From positions 1-34,406 of the forward strand of contig JAAPAO010000381.1 of the NCBI GenBank assembly GCA_013115145.1: a DNA stretch of 34,406 nt, written 5' to 3'. The position numbers and the translations under genes are program-made. This DNA is from Perkinsus chesapeaki ATCC PRA-425 (lineage: Eukaryota; Protista; Perkinsozoa). This document shows positions 23,545 through 34,406 of this stretch, one piece after another; the first letter of the stretch is position 1, and the number at the start of each line of letters is the position of its first letter. Below the pieces are notes generated by a model. The model searched no databases. It saw only the letters and a program-made list of their open reading frames with translations, and was not told the DNA's origin.

Positions 23545-26238
23545 CTATATAACGTTAGGAGTGTTATTTAGTACTACCCATAATAATGGTATATTAGGAT
23601 AGAATAATGATGATGTTGAACATATAGGACATAATGATGTTAATACTACACTTGTTGCTGTTGTATGACCACGGTTATATTGTTCATGTTTAATAGTACA
23701 TTTATGACATAATGTATGACCACAATTGATGAAGGTATGTAAACCATCATCTAATGCTTTATCACATAACATACATGCAAATGCACGCTTAAGCAATAAA
23801 CAACACTTTATTGTATCATCATCATAATTCATATTATTATTATTATTATCACATTGTATTGATTTATTATTATATATTATATTATTATCACATTGTATTG
23901 ATTTATTATTATATATTATATTATTATCACATTGTATTGATTTATTATTAATAGTATAATGATATAAAGTAGTTTGAATGCCTTTACACCACACCCTCGG
24001 CCGTAATGCAGGTATAGGTAATGTCTGCGTTAATGTTGATACAGTGTTGTTATTATTATAATAATAACAACATGTTGTTGATGTTGATGCATCTTTCATA
24101 TCATCAGCATTAGTAATACAACAGTGTTGTTGTTGCTGCTTGTTTAATTGATCTATTATAGATCTAGCATTATCTAATTCATTAGTTAATGCTTTAATAA
24201 CAACCTAATAATAATATATATGATAATATAGTATTATTATGTAGTATTATTATTATCACATCCTTATCAGCGATCCTTATCTTATTATTATTAAATACTT
24301 CATTTAATTCCTTTCGTATGTTACTCTCCTTCATACGACACATGTTTATATGATTATCATACTCTATTCCTTTATTATTTATCTCTTTTTCTAGTTCTAT
24401 AATTCTCACCTATACTACTACTACCACTACTACTACCGTACTAATAACTCGGTCGGCTTAGTACCACTACCTCCATCTCATGTTTTATTTTATTAAACTC
24501 ATCTTTCTTTTCCTTTAATGTATCTTCATTATGTTTTGTAAGCGTTTTTATATTTTCATTTTTATTATTCAATTCATCATTCAGCTTGTCTATTTTATCC
24601 ATTAATAATACATTATTATTTTCCTAATATTTCCCTTATTGTTATAATAATAATATACTCATATACATTACCATAACCTTTATCTTTTCAGTCATATCAT
24701 CCTTAATATTAATATAATATTCTAATTTAATCTTATATTCTTTTACAGTATCTCTTAACACCTACTATCACAATAATAATTACCAATATCACTTCATATA
24801 ACTAATTATTATTATAACTACTATGTACTTTCATTTGTGTTCTTTGACTATGTATTTTAACTTTANNNNNNNNNNNNNNNNNNNNNNNNNNNNNNNNNNN
24901 NNNNNNNNNNNNNNNNNNNNNNNNNNNNNNNNNNNNNNNNNNNNNNNNNNNNNNNNNNNNNNNNATTATTATTATTATAACTACTATGTACTTTCATTTG
25001 TGTTCTTTGACTATGTATTTTAACTTTATTATTATTATTATAACTACTATGTACTTTCATTTGTGTTCTTTGACTATGTATTTTAACTTTATTATTATTA
25101 TCTTTATTCTCAACTTTATTCAACTTATCTTCAAACTCTCTACATTGTGTTATAGCCATCTATTATTATCAATAACGACCACTGCAACTATTATTATTAT
25201 TACATTTAATTTATTATTTAATTCATAATTAATCATTTCATAATTTCTTACTACTTTCCTCAACTCCAAACAACACCTCCCCCCTCCCCTTCCAGCAGCT
25301 GCAGCATATTTAACTGATTCTTTTTCCTTATTATTATTGTAGTCATCAATAATATAATTAGCATGTTTAAGCCTTTTCTCTATTTCCTAAATAATATTAC
25401 TATAATAATATAATACATTATTATTACTATAATATATTCCTTATCTTTATCTATCCTATCTCTCATTGCTTTTATTTCTATTTCATCTTGTTTATGCCTA
25501 TCATTATCCTCCATCATCGCCTTAGTAATAACCCGAATTATTATTATACTATTTACCTTATATTATGTATTCGATTCTCATTATTAAGTAACTTTAGCAT
25601 ACTCTCCATTTCAGCAGTTATTGTTATTAAATGTTCGGGTATTTTACACAACTCTAATTCTTTTAATATCCTATTAATATCACCACTACCGCCACACACA
25701 GCAGCAGCAGCAGCAACTGTTATTGCTGCTGTTGCTGTGTTGGTGTTGTTGTTATCTATATGCATATTATATCGTCCTTTCCTCTTCTTCTTCTTCTTCT
25801 TCTTCATTAAACTATCCTTCTCTTCTTCTTTATTATTATTATAATCCTCTATAGTATTTATATCATAATCCTATAATATATTCATTATACCCTCATATAC
25901 CACTAATTATATTACTTCATCTCTATTGTTATAATATACTACCTTATCATCATCATCATGTGATAATGATAATGATGATGTTGATCCAGCTGCTGTATAG
26001 GGCGGTACTAATTCAGTACTAACTGAATTACTATTATCAATATCCTAATATATTAATTATTAATATTAATTGTAATAACAATAATAACCTCCTCCTCTTC
26101 TTCTTCCTCCTCATCCACTTTACCCTTCATTATTATTATTGTTCTATCTGATGTATCAACATATCTTATATTATCACTGCAACTACCATGAAATGTTGAA
26201 GAGGATGAGGAAGAGGAGGAGGAAGTGGAAGTGGTCAT
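23545..26238 (-). CDS. Coiled-coil protein with a C-terminal C3HC4 RING finger (putative E3 ligase); multi-exon, spans the assembly gap
   Basis: CMLC...INCGHTLCHKC...CPIC in ORF 23545-24099. Upstream exons are K/E/L-rich and heptad-like. The start at 26238 is tentative. Confidence 0.7.
23842..23950 (-). repeat. 39-bp tandem repeat, about 2.8 copies (KSIQCDNNIIYNN)
   Basis: attattatcacattgtattgatttattattatatattat at 23842 and 23881, partial copy at 23920. Confidence 0.9.
24805..25090 (-). repeat. 63-bp tandem repeat, at least 3 copies, interrupted by the N gap
   Basis: Identical units at 24965-25027 and 25028-25090, and a near-complete unit at 24805-24864. Confidence 0.9.
24866..24964. other. 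Assembly gap (99 N)
   Basis: Run of N. Confidence 0.99.
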
Positions 26239-26318
26239 TGTCTTATCACGATATTGTATATACAATTATGTATAATTATAATACATAAACAACTTCAACA
26301 CAACATATTATTATACCA

Positions 26319-27245
26319 TTATTCATCATCATAATCATCATCATCATTAGTTATACGTGTAATAATGTTATCATCTTTAATAATTAACATAATATGAGAA
26401 TAATCTTTAATTATTATGCCAATACCATTGATAATAATAACATCCCTATTATTATTATTAATATAAAATGATGATGGTAATATAGCAGGCATCTCTCCTG
26501 TTGGATCAGATACTTTATCATCTTCAATAACAAGCATCATTATTATATTATCTATATTAATTATTTTATTATAATATTTATTATTATTCTCTTTATAATA
26601 ATAATCATTTAATATATATATTAGTATATCATATATACAAACCACATCAACTTCAACACTGCAACTAGTCGTACTATCCGTTTTGTTATTCTTTATGTTA
26701 TATGATGATATTATATCATTTAATGCTTTAATACCATTACTCCACGTATAAGGAGGTTCTTGCCAAGCATTCAACTTACATTTATTAACATCACGATCAT
26801 TTCTACGATTAAATCTTCTTCTTCTTGTTTTTGATAAAACATCATCATCATTATTATTATTGGTACTATCATATTCCACGTTATTATTATCATCGTTATT
26901 ATCATCATTGATATTATTATATGATATCATATCATCATATTCCCCCCCAACCCATAAGTTAGAGTGGTTTGAATATTGTGATTCAAATATAACAATATCA
27001 AGTGATGATGATGATGACTTAAAGTAGTGTTGTCCTTGTTGCTGTCCTTGTTGCTGCCCTTGTTGTTGTTCTTGTTGTTTTTTATTTAACTCCTCTATTT
27101 CATTATATCTTTTACTGTCACCGATATTCACCGGTGTCAGGACTGGGGGTGAGGGTGAGGGTAATCCTCCTCTCTTATCCTCCTCCTCCTTCTCCGGCTC
27201 TTCTTCTTCATCATTGAAAATGCTGTCAATGGCCTTTGACAACAT
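26319..27245 (-). CDS. HROB/MCM8IP-like (DUF4539) OB-fold protein
   Basis: C-terminal KVSDPTGEMPAIL...DVIIINGIGII...HIMLIIKDDNIITRI resembles recalled HROB VFKDPTGEMQGTV...SVLLLKQIGVF...HYLNVTPNNLVHI. The N-terminus is disordered, as in HROB. Confidence 0.62.
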   Translation of the reverse strand: MLSKAIDSIFNDEEEEPEKEEEDKRGGLPSPSPPVLTPVNIGDSKRYNEIEELNKKQQEQQQGQQQGQQQGQHYFKSSSSSLDIVIFESQYSNHSNLWVGGEYDDMISYNNINDDNNDDNNNVEYDSTNNNNDDDVLSKTRRRRFNRRNDRDVNKCKLNAWQEPPYTWSNGIKALNDIISSYNIKNNKTDSTTSCSVEVDVVCIYDILIYILNDYYYKENNNKYYNKIINIDNIIMMLVIEDDKVSDPTGEMPAILPSSFYINNNNRDVIIINGIGIIIKDYSHIMLIIKDDNIITRITNDDDDYDDE

Positions 27246-27370
27246 AACAACACTGAGATGATGATGATGATGATTAAGACTATATTAATATATTGTACAA
27301 CATAACAATATAATTACTAATAATAATGATACAGCAATTATGATAACAACACACCTACTACTACTCCTTG

Positions 27371-30300
27371 TTATTTAATTCTATACCATGTTAATTGTTG
27401 TTGATGATTATTAATATTATTATCATAATTTTTATACCATCTTATTACCTTTATTTTCTTGATATAATCATCTTCTATATTATCATCATCATCATTATCC
27501 TGCCTCCTTTGTAGTGTTATAGGTTCACTTTTCCATTCCCCCATTATTAACATATATCCTCTTTTATCATCTACTTTTATTATATTATCCTTCTTTATTT
27601 CACTATACACCTCTCTACCCTGTAATGTTATAATCCTCACATTACCATTATTATTAACCTAATAACAACAGCTGCACTGATGGTGGTGATGGTGGTCTTG
27701 AGTCATCAATGTCTTATATGATGATGATGCAGATTACTACCTCTATTTTATTACTATACGCACTCTTCCATTTACCAACAATAATACCAATTATTGACTC
27801 GAATACATCCTTATCATTACGCGCATCTTTCTCCTCTTTCTCTTTCTCCTCTTTCTCTTTCTCTTTCTCTTTCTCTTTCTCTTTCTCTTTCTCTTTCTTC
27901 TCTTTCTCTTTCTCTTTCTTCTCTTTCTCTTTCTCTTTCTCCTCTTTCTCTTTCTCCTCTTTCTCTTTCTCTTTCTTCTCTTTCTCTTTCTCTTTCTCTT
28001 TCTCTTTCTCTTTCTTCTCTTTCTCTTTCTTCTCTTTCTCTTTCTTCTCTTTCTCTTTCTTCTCTTTCTCTTTCTCTTTCTCTTTCTCTTCCTCTTGCCC
28101 TTCCCATATATCTATTATACTACTAACCTAATAACCCTACCCCTTACCTTCCTATTTCACTAATACTAAACTAGTACCTCATCTTCATTTGGTATAGTAT
28201 CATAACAATAATCCTCACCCATAACTACTTCATTTAACCTACTACTACTACTGCATTACCATGCCCTTTATTATGCCTATCTAACTTCATTACCTACGTT
28301 TATTATACTGTATAGATACTTCTTGTAAATATACTTTAATATTATCCGATAATAACTCACCCAATACCCCAGTTATTATACAACTATATTAATAATAAAT
28401 ATGTTCATAATCAAATCTTATAGCGTATTACCACCCTATTATTTCTTTATTATCTTCATCATTTCTATCATCACTACCAATTCCTCTACTTATTGATAAT
28501 AACTAAGGTTTATTAAACCACCAATGAGTGTCGTCTACTGTATTATCACATAATTACTCTATTTAATAATATCTCCTTATCTTCATCTAGTACATAATTA
28601 TAACACTTTATTGCATTTATACACCTAACTATCATTATTATAATTACTTAATATTATTATTACCTATTTCTCATTGTTATTAATATATTAACCTTTATTT
28701 CCTTATCTTTAATACGTTCATTTATTATATCCATTTGTTCCCTTAACCTTTTCCTATCTTCCCTATACCCTATAATAACAACAACAACTATGATTCTTGT
28801 TATTATTGTCATAATAACTATATTATCACCATTATCTTTAGTATTTCTAATATTCTCAATTGTCTTGTTCAAATCATTATATCTCCTTTTATTATTTATT
28901 ATATTATTAATACACTAAATTCATCATCATGATGATGACATAATAATAAACAATCATATTATTATTATACTACTCTACCATTCAACAACTACTTACTTTA
29001 ACCACATTAATTTCAGTTATTATTTTCCATAATTCCAGCTTATTAAGTTTTAATATATGTTGTCTAGTAACATTCCACCACCATTCCTCTATGATCTAAC
29101 AACATCAACAATAATATACCAATTACATACATCAACATTATCAATATCATAATAATAATAACACACATTATCTTTATTATTATTATTATTATCAATTCTC
29201 CTTATTCTCCCCCTTTTCCATATAACTTTATTATCACCAATATATTTCTTATTAAATGGTAACCATTGTATAGTAGTAACATTACTCATACTACAACTAT
29301 CACCATCATCAACACCACTATAAGCCTATATCAATTATATCATCCTCCTCATCCTTATAACCTCTACTACTACTACTTCTTCTTTATAGGCATAATAATT
29401 ACCATTATGATACGTCCAATAACCATGAGTAGTTTGTTTAAGCTTTTCTAATTTCCCACTAACACATATCGTACCTACTTAATATTATTATTATACATTA
29501 TTATATATCCTCCTTATTACCATATATAACATGATATAAATCATCATTACTCTTATTTAACATTATACTACCTTTATTCTCACCCCCACCCCCACCACCA
29601 TTACTACTACTACTGCTTCTTGTTTTCCAGAATCCTTGTAGTTGCGGTAATGGTTGTATTATTATATCATCATCATCGTCGATATTGTCTATGTTGTGTT
29701 CTAAATAGAAGTAAAGTAGCATGGATCGACTCTCATCGAGTATATGAAATAGTAGTATTATCACCTTTGTTACTATTCATTATATTATATTTAATATCAT
29801 AATAATAAATTATATCATTAATATAATGATCATCTAATATAGTTATATCATCCTAATAATAACAATAATAATACCTTCAGTCTATTAGCTCAACAACAAC
29901 AACTATTATTAATACAGTATATTACCTTCCCTATTACTATACCTTCTTTATTATCCTTTATCCATATATTATCATTATTAATATTATTATCTATATAATC
30001 TAGCATCACACTACACATGTGTTAATATACTACTATTACATTTATCACTATCATCATCATCTTTATTATTATTACTGCTATCTCTATCACCCCAGTTTAT
30101 GATCTAATTACAAAATATATTTATAATATTAGTAATATTATAATACCATATTATTATCACTATTATTAATATAACCACCACCACCATACAAATCTTCTTT
30201 ATTACTACTATCATTTACTATTCTCTTCCTTATTATATTATTATTATACCCTCCTATTAATATAGGTCTACCTTTAATGTATGTATCACCTTTAATATTA

Positions 30301-30945
30301 TTTAATATTTATAATATAACAGCAGCAGCAGTAACAGTATTACCAATCACGACTATAATAGTAGTATTACTGGTAATATCATCTCCTACCATATCATCAT
30401 CATTACCACCGTAATATGTTATCCATATACCCTGTAATGATGTTAATGATAACTTTATAAAACTATTATCATCCTATAATCAATAATTACAATAATAATA
30501 ATTAAACATTGTTATAGTTAAGGATTATTACCTTATTATTATTATTACTTTTATATCTACTTAACATATATACCCCACCACCACTAGAATGAGTGCACTG
30601 TAATATTTCCTAATATACTTCTATTACTTATTATTATATTATTATATTACTTTACGTAGTTCTTGCTGTTTTATGTGTATCCTTTCCTTTATTAATGATA
30701 TTCTATTATTCTCTGTTATTTTATCATTATCACAACAACATTTATGCTCTTTATTATTTATTAATTTATTATATATATCTTCTATAGCTATCATCTTACC
30801 TTTATATTTCATTAAATCATTTAATAATAATGACTAATAATATCCAAACGATTATAATGATTATATCATTAATAATACTTTTATTTTATCATTAGCATAC
30901 ACCTTTTCCCCTCCTATTATACTATTTTTCCAATCTTTATTTATT
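27371..30945 (-). CDS. Large multi-exon gene of unknown function (possibly more than one gene); includes an EK-repeat exon and a weak BRCA2-like motif
   Basis: Many short open segments bounded by GT/AG, such as WWWNVTRQHILKLNKLE, GDTYIKGRPILIGG and FESIIGIIVGKW. The last exon ends at the stop at 27371. Structure not fully resolved by eye. Confidence 0.5.
27826..28096 (-). repeat. 271-bp pure pyrimidine (+) / purine (-) tract of TCTTTC-derived 6- and 9-bp units; probably coding (EK)n
   Basis: Only C/T on the + strand. On minus, the KE frame follows an AG acceptor and continues as KDARNDKDVFESIIG, whereas the RE frame stops right after the tract. Confidence 0.85.
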
Positions 30946-30986
30946 GGTAAGATCTAATAATATTAATATATATTACTCAATATATG

Positions 30987-31968
30987 TTATATCATTATTA
31001 CTACCCAGCATTCCTCTCTTCTACTTCTTGATGATATTATATCATTTAATATTATACCCAAAGTAGTAGGGATGTCTTTATAAAATGTATCTTGTACCTT
31101 ATTAACTTATCAACTTTACTTAGTTATTATTATTATTACTTTAATAAAGCCTAATCTCCTCACAATACATTGACTTGGTATATTATTTGACATAATATCA
31201 GCTCGTATTTCATTAATATTATAATTAATAAAATAATTATCAATAGCATAATATATTAACCTCTTTAATGCCTTCCCTACTATACCCTTACCTTCATATT
31301 CCTAATAAGTAGTAGTACTAGTTAATAATAATAACTATTATTATTACTTCCCCTATCCAATACGCTACATTAAGGGATTGATAATCATCTTTATGATGTA
31401 TCTATAACAATAATAATTATTAATATTTATTAATATATAATAATACTTTATCATCACGGACTTCAACTCTCATCTGACCACATAATTTACCGTTATAAAA
31501 TATACCGGTAAATATACCTATCATATTACTACTTTTTATTATTATCTATAATATAATGATATCATCTTACCTTTATATTCTATAGTACTCTTACGTGCTT
31601 GTAATATACTATCTCTAATATCATCATTAATACATCTACTACTACTGCAGCTGCTGTTTGATGATGATGATGATGATGCTTGAGCAGCAGTAGCAGTAGC
31701 AGCAGCTACTTCAACAATACTTACAAATTGCCCAACTCTCTTCCCTTTATTCCTATTATAATAATATATTATATCTTACTTTATTATTACTGTACTATAA
31801 GATTATATAAATCTTCTATATGCTCATCTGTTAATACTAATAAATATGTATTATCATCTATCTAATCAAGTATAATATATATGTTATTATTAATTACACT
31901 ACCATTAATGGTGTATTAAGTTTTGTTGTTGAATACTCCTCTTCATCATGTTTTATATTACTTGACAT
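30987..31968 (-). CDS. RimJ/RimL-type GNAT N-acetyltransferase; multi-exon
   Basis: YLLVLTDEHIEDLYNLI, LNVAYWIGE|EYEGKGIVGKALKRLI (motif A) and EIRADIMSNNIPSQCIVRRLGF (N..S..V..RLGF). The 3' end is uncertain: stop at 30987 or splice into the next gene. Confidence 0.72.
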
Positions 31969-32144
31969 GATCCTTTAATGATAATGACTTGCATAATTAT
32001 TATTATAATTAACAACAACTAAACATTACAATAATAATAATAACAGGAACAAGAGTAAGTAATTGTATATAACCCATATTCTTTGTATCTATGTTGTTCA
32101 TATTGTTGATGTTTATGATGATATCTATGCTGTTCTTGTTGTTA

Positions 32145-32930
<786 letters not shown>

Positions 32931-33148
32931 TATTATATATCATCGATATTAAGTACTATTATTAAAGTAACTATAACGTATTAACATCTTTATTATATAA
33001 AGGTATTGAAACAACAGTAAAGGTTAGTAACAGGTTAAGTTAATCTATAGTGAAGTTATGTCTGGCATCCGATATAGATAAAGGGGTATCTTTTATGGTA
33101 GTGGACCTATTATTAATAATAATAAGAGTATTGAGTTAATATAGCATA

Positions 33149-34232
33149 TTACATATAACTATCTTTAAATTCTTTAATAATATTATCACTCAAACCAAAT
33201 GAATCTAATATATTCATTTGTTGTTTATTAAGTGTAAATGTAAATAAATCCCTATTATTAGCCATCCTATTTGTATTCTCACTTTTAGGTATATGTACTA
33301 TATTATGTTCATAAAGCCATCTACCAATAACTTGTGCTGGAGTCTTATTAACTTCTTTACATATATTTTTAATACGATTATCATCAAATAGATCAGCACC
33401 ACCTTTACCTAATCCTCTCCATGATAACATTGTTATACCTTTTGATTGAAAGTATTCAATTGTTCTCTTACCTAATAATAGATTAGATCTTATTATTATA
33501 ACAACAACAACAATAAACTGTTGCTATTATTATTATTACGATATATAAGAGGATTTATCTCAATTTGGTTAACAACTGGTTCTATAGTTATACCAGATGA
33601 TGACATTAACTCTTCATAATCTTCTATAGTGTAATTGCTTAAACCAATATTACGCACTAAGCCTGACTCTTGCCTGAATATAATAACAAGTTTATTATTA
33701 TTATCACTTAATACATATTATTACAATTCTTGTAATGCCTTATAAGCTTCAACATGTTTACCTGGTACAGGCCAATGTAATAAATACAAATCAAGATAAG
33801 TTGTTTTACTAAATAATAATTATTAGTAGATGTTATTGTATTTATTATTACAGATCATTAAGTGTCTTTTTACATTGTTGTATAATAGCATCATGCCCTT
33901 TATATATCTTATCTGGCCATACTTTACTTATAATAAATAGTTTATCTCTAGATATACCAGATGATATTAAACCATCACCAACTACACTCTCATTACCATA
34001 AAAGGATGCACAATCAAATAACCTAGTAATATCCCCCCTTCTCCGCCTATATTAACCACCACCACCCTTACCTATATCCAGCTTTAACAGCATCTATAAT
34101 AATATCTTTACCATCTCGACCTATTCTTTCACCAGTTGGTGTATAACCTACTTTATATGTACCAAAACCAACTGCTGGAATATATGAACCAGATGATAAC
34201 TTGAATGATGGTGTAATATCAGTACTAGACAT
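33149..34232 (-). CDS. Aldo-keto reductase; about four introns
   Basis: IPAVGFGTY, FDCASFYGNE, YLDLYLLHWP, IGLSNY, VNQIEINP and KTPAQVIGRW...IPKSEN. The D/Y/K/H catalytic tetrad is present. Confidence 0.95.
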
Positions 34233-34290
34233 TAATAGCAACAGCAACAATTAACAATAATAACTTTAACATATAATATAAACAATAAAG

Positions 34291-34406
34291 TCCTAGGTGG
34301 TAGGCGCCTCATTTTTATCTACGCCGCCGACGCGTCGGCGGGTGGGGTAGGGGCCCCATCCGCTATTATAATACCGGTAGGAAGCTCCCTGCAAAAATGT
34401 CGGAGC
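34291..34406. other. GC-rich palindromic segment of unknown nature, truncated by the window edge
   Basis: Perfect 18-bp palindrome CCGCCGACGCGTCGGCGG (34324-34341) overlapping a 10-bp stem GCGGGTGGGG/CCCCATCCGC (34338-34362). Confidence 0.6.

Noticed and set aside
24805-25090. CRISPR-like array
   Set aside because: Head-to-tail identical units with no unique spacers, no cas genes, and a eukaryotic context.
23545-26238. BRE1/RNF20 assignment for the coiled-coil RING gene
   Set aside because: The architecture fits, but BRE1-specific RING residues are not evident.
27709-28131. SF-, LS- and RE-repeat ORFs as proteins (e.g. an SR/RE splicing factor)
   Set aside because: All are alternative frames of one hexamer repeat. 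Only the minus KE frame links to flanking exon sequence.
34293-34341. Helitron 3' end (hairpin then CTAG on minus)
   Set aside because: The hairpin-to-CTAG spacing (~27 nt) is long and the following base is G, not the T expected at an A/T insertion site.

Overview
AT-rich, gene-dense eukaryotic nuclear DNA. Genes are split by many very short GT-AG introns built largely of (TAA)n/(CTA)n/(TAT)n, and the proteins carry poly-N/S/Q/D runs. This, plus an IspD with a signal/transit-type leader, fits an alveolate with a cryptic secondary plastid, most like Perkinsus (inferred, not proven). From left to right: the 5' part of an apparently intact RTE-clade LINE (minus strand, missed by the ORF track) in a (CTA)n tract, probably intronic in a SET-domain gene; ispD; two hypothetical genes; then an all-minus block of COG4, two tandem processive GT2 membrane synthases with a shared 10-Cys domain, a decayed tRNA-Asp-like element (plus strand, intergenic), a coiled-coil/RING gene spanning a 99-N gap, an HROB-like OB-fold gene, a large unassigned multi-exon gene, a RimJ/RimL-like GNAT, ADAT2 and an aldo-keto reductase. 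A GC-rich palindromic segment begins at the right edge. The best candidate for an undescribed system is the GT2 pair. Exon boundaries were read by eye, so multi-exon gene ends are approximate.
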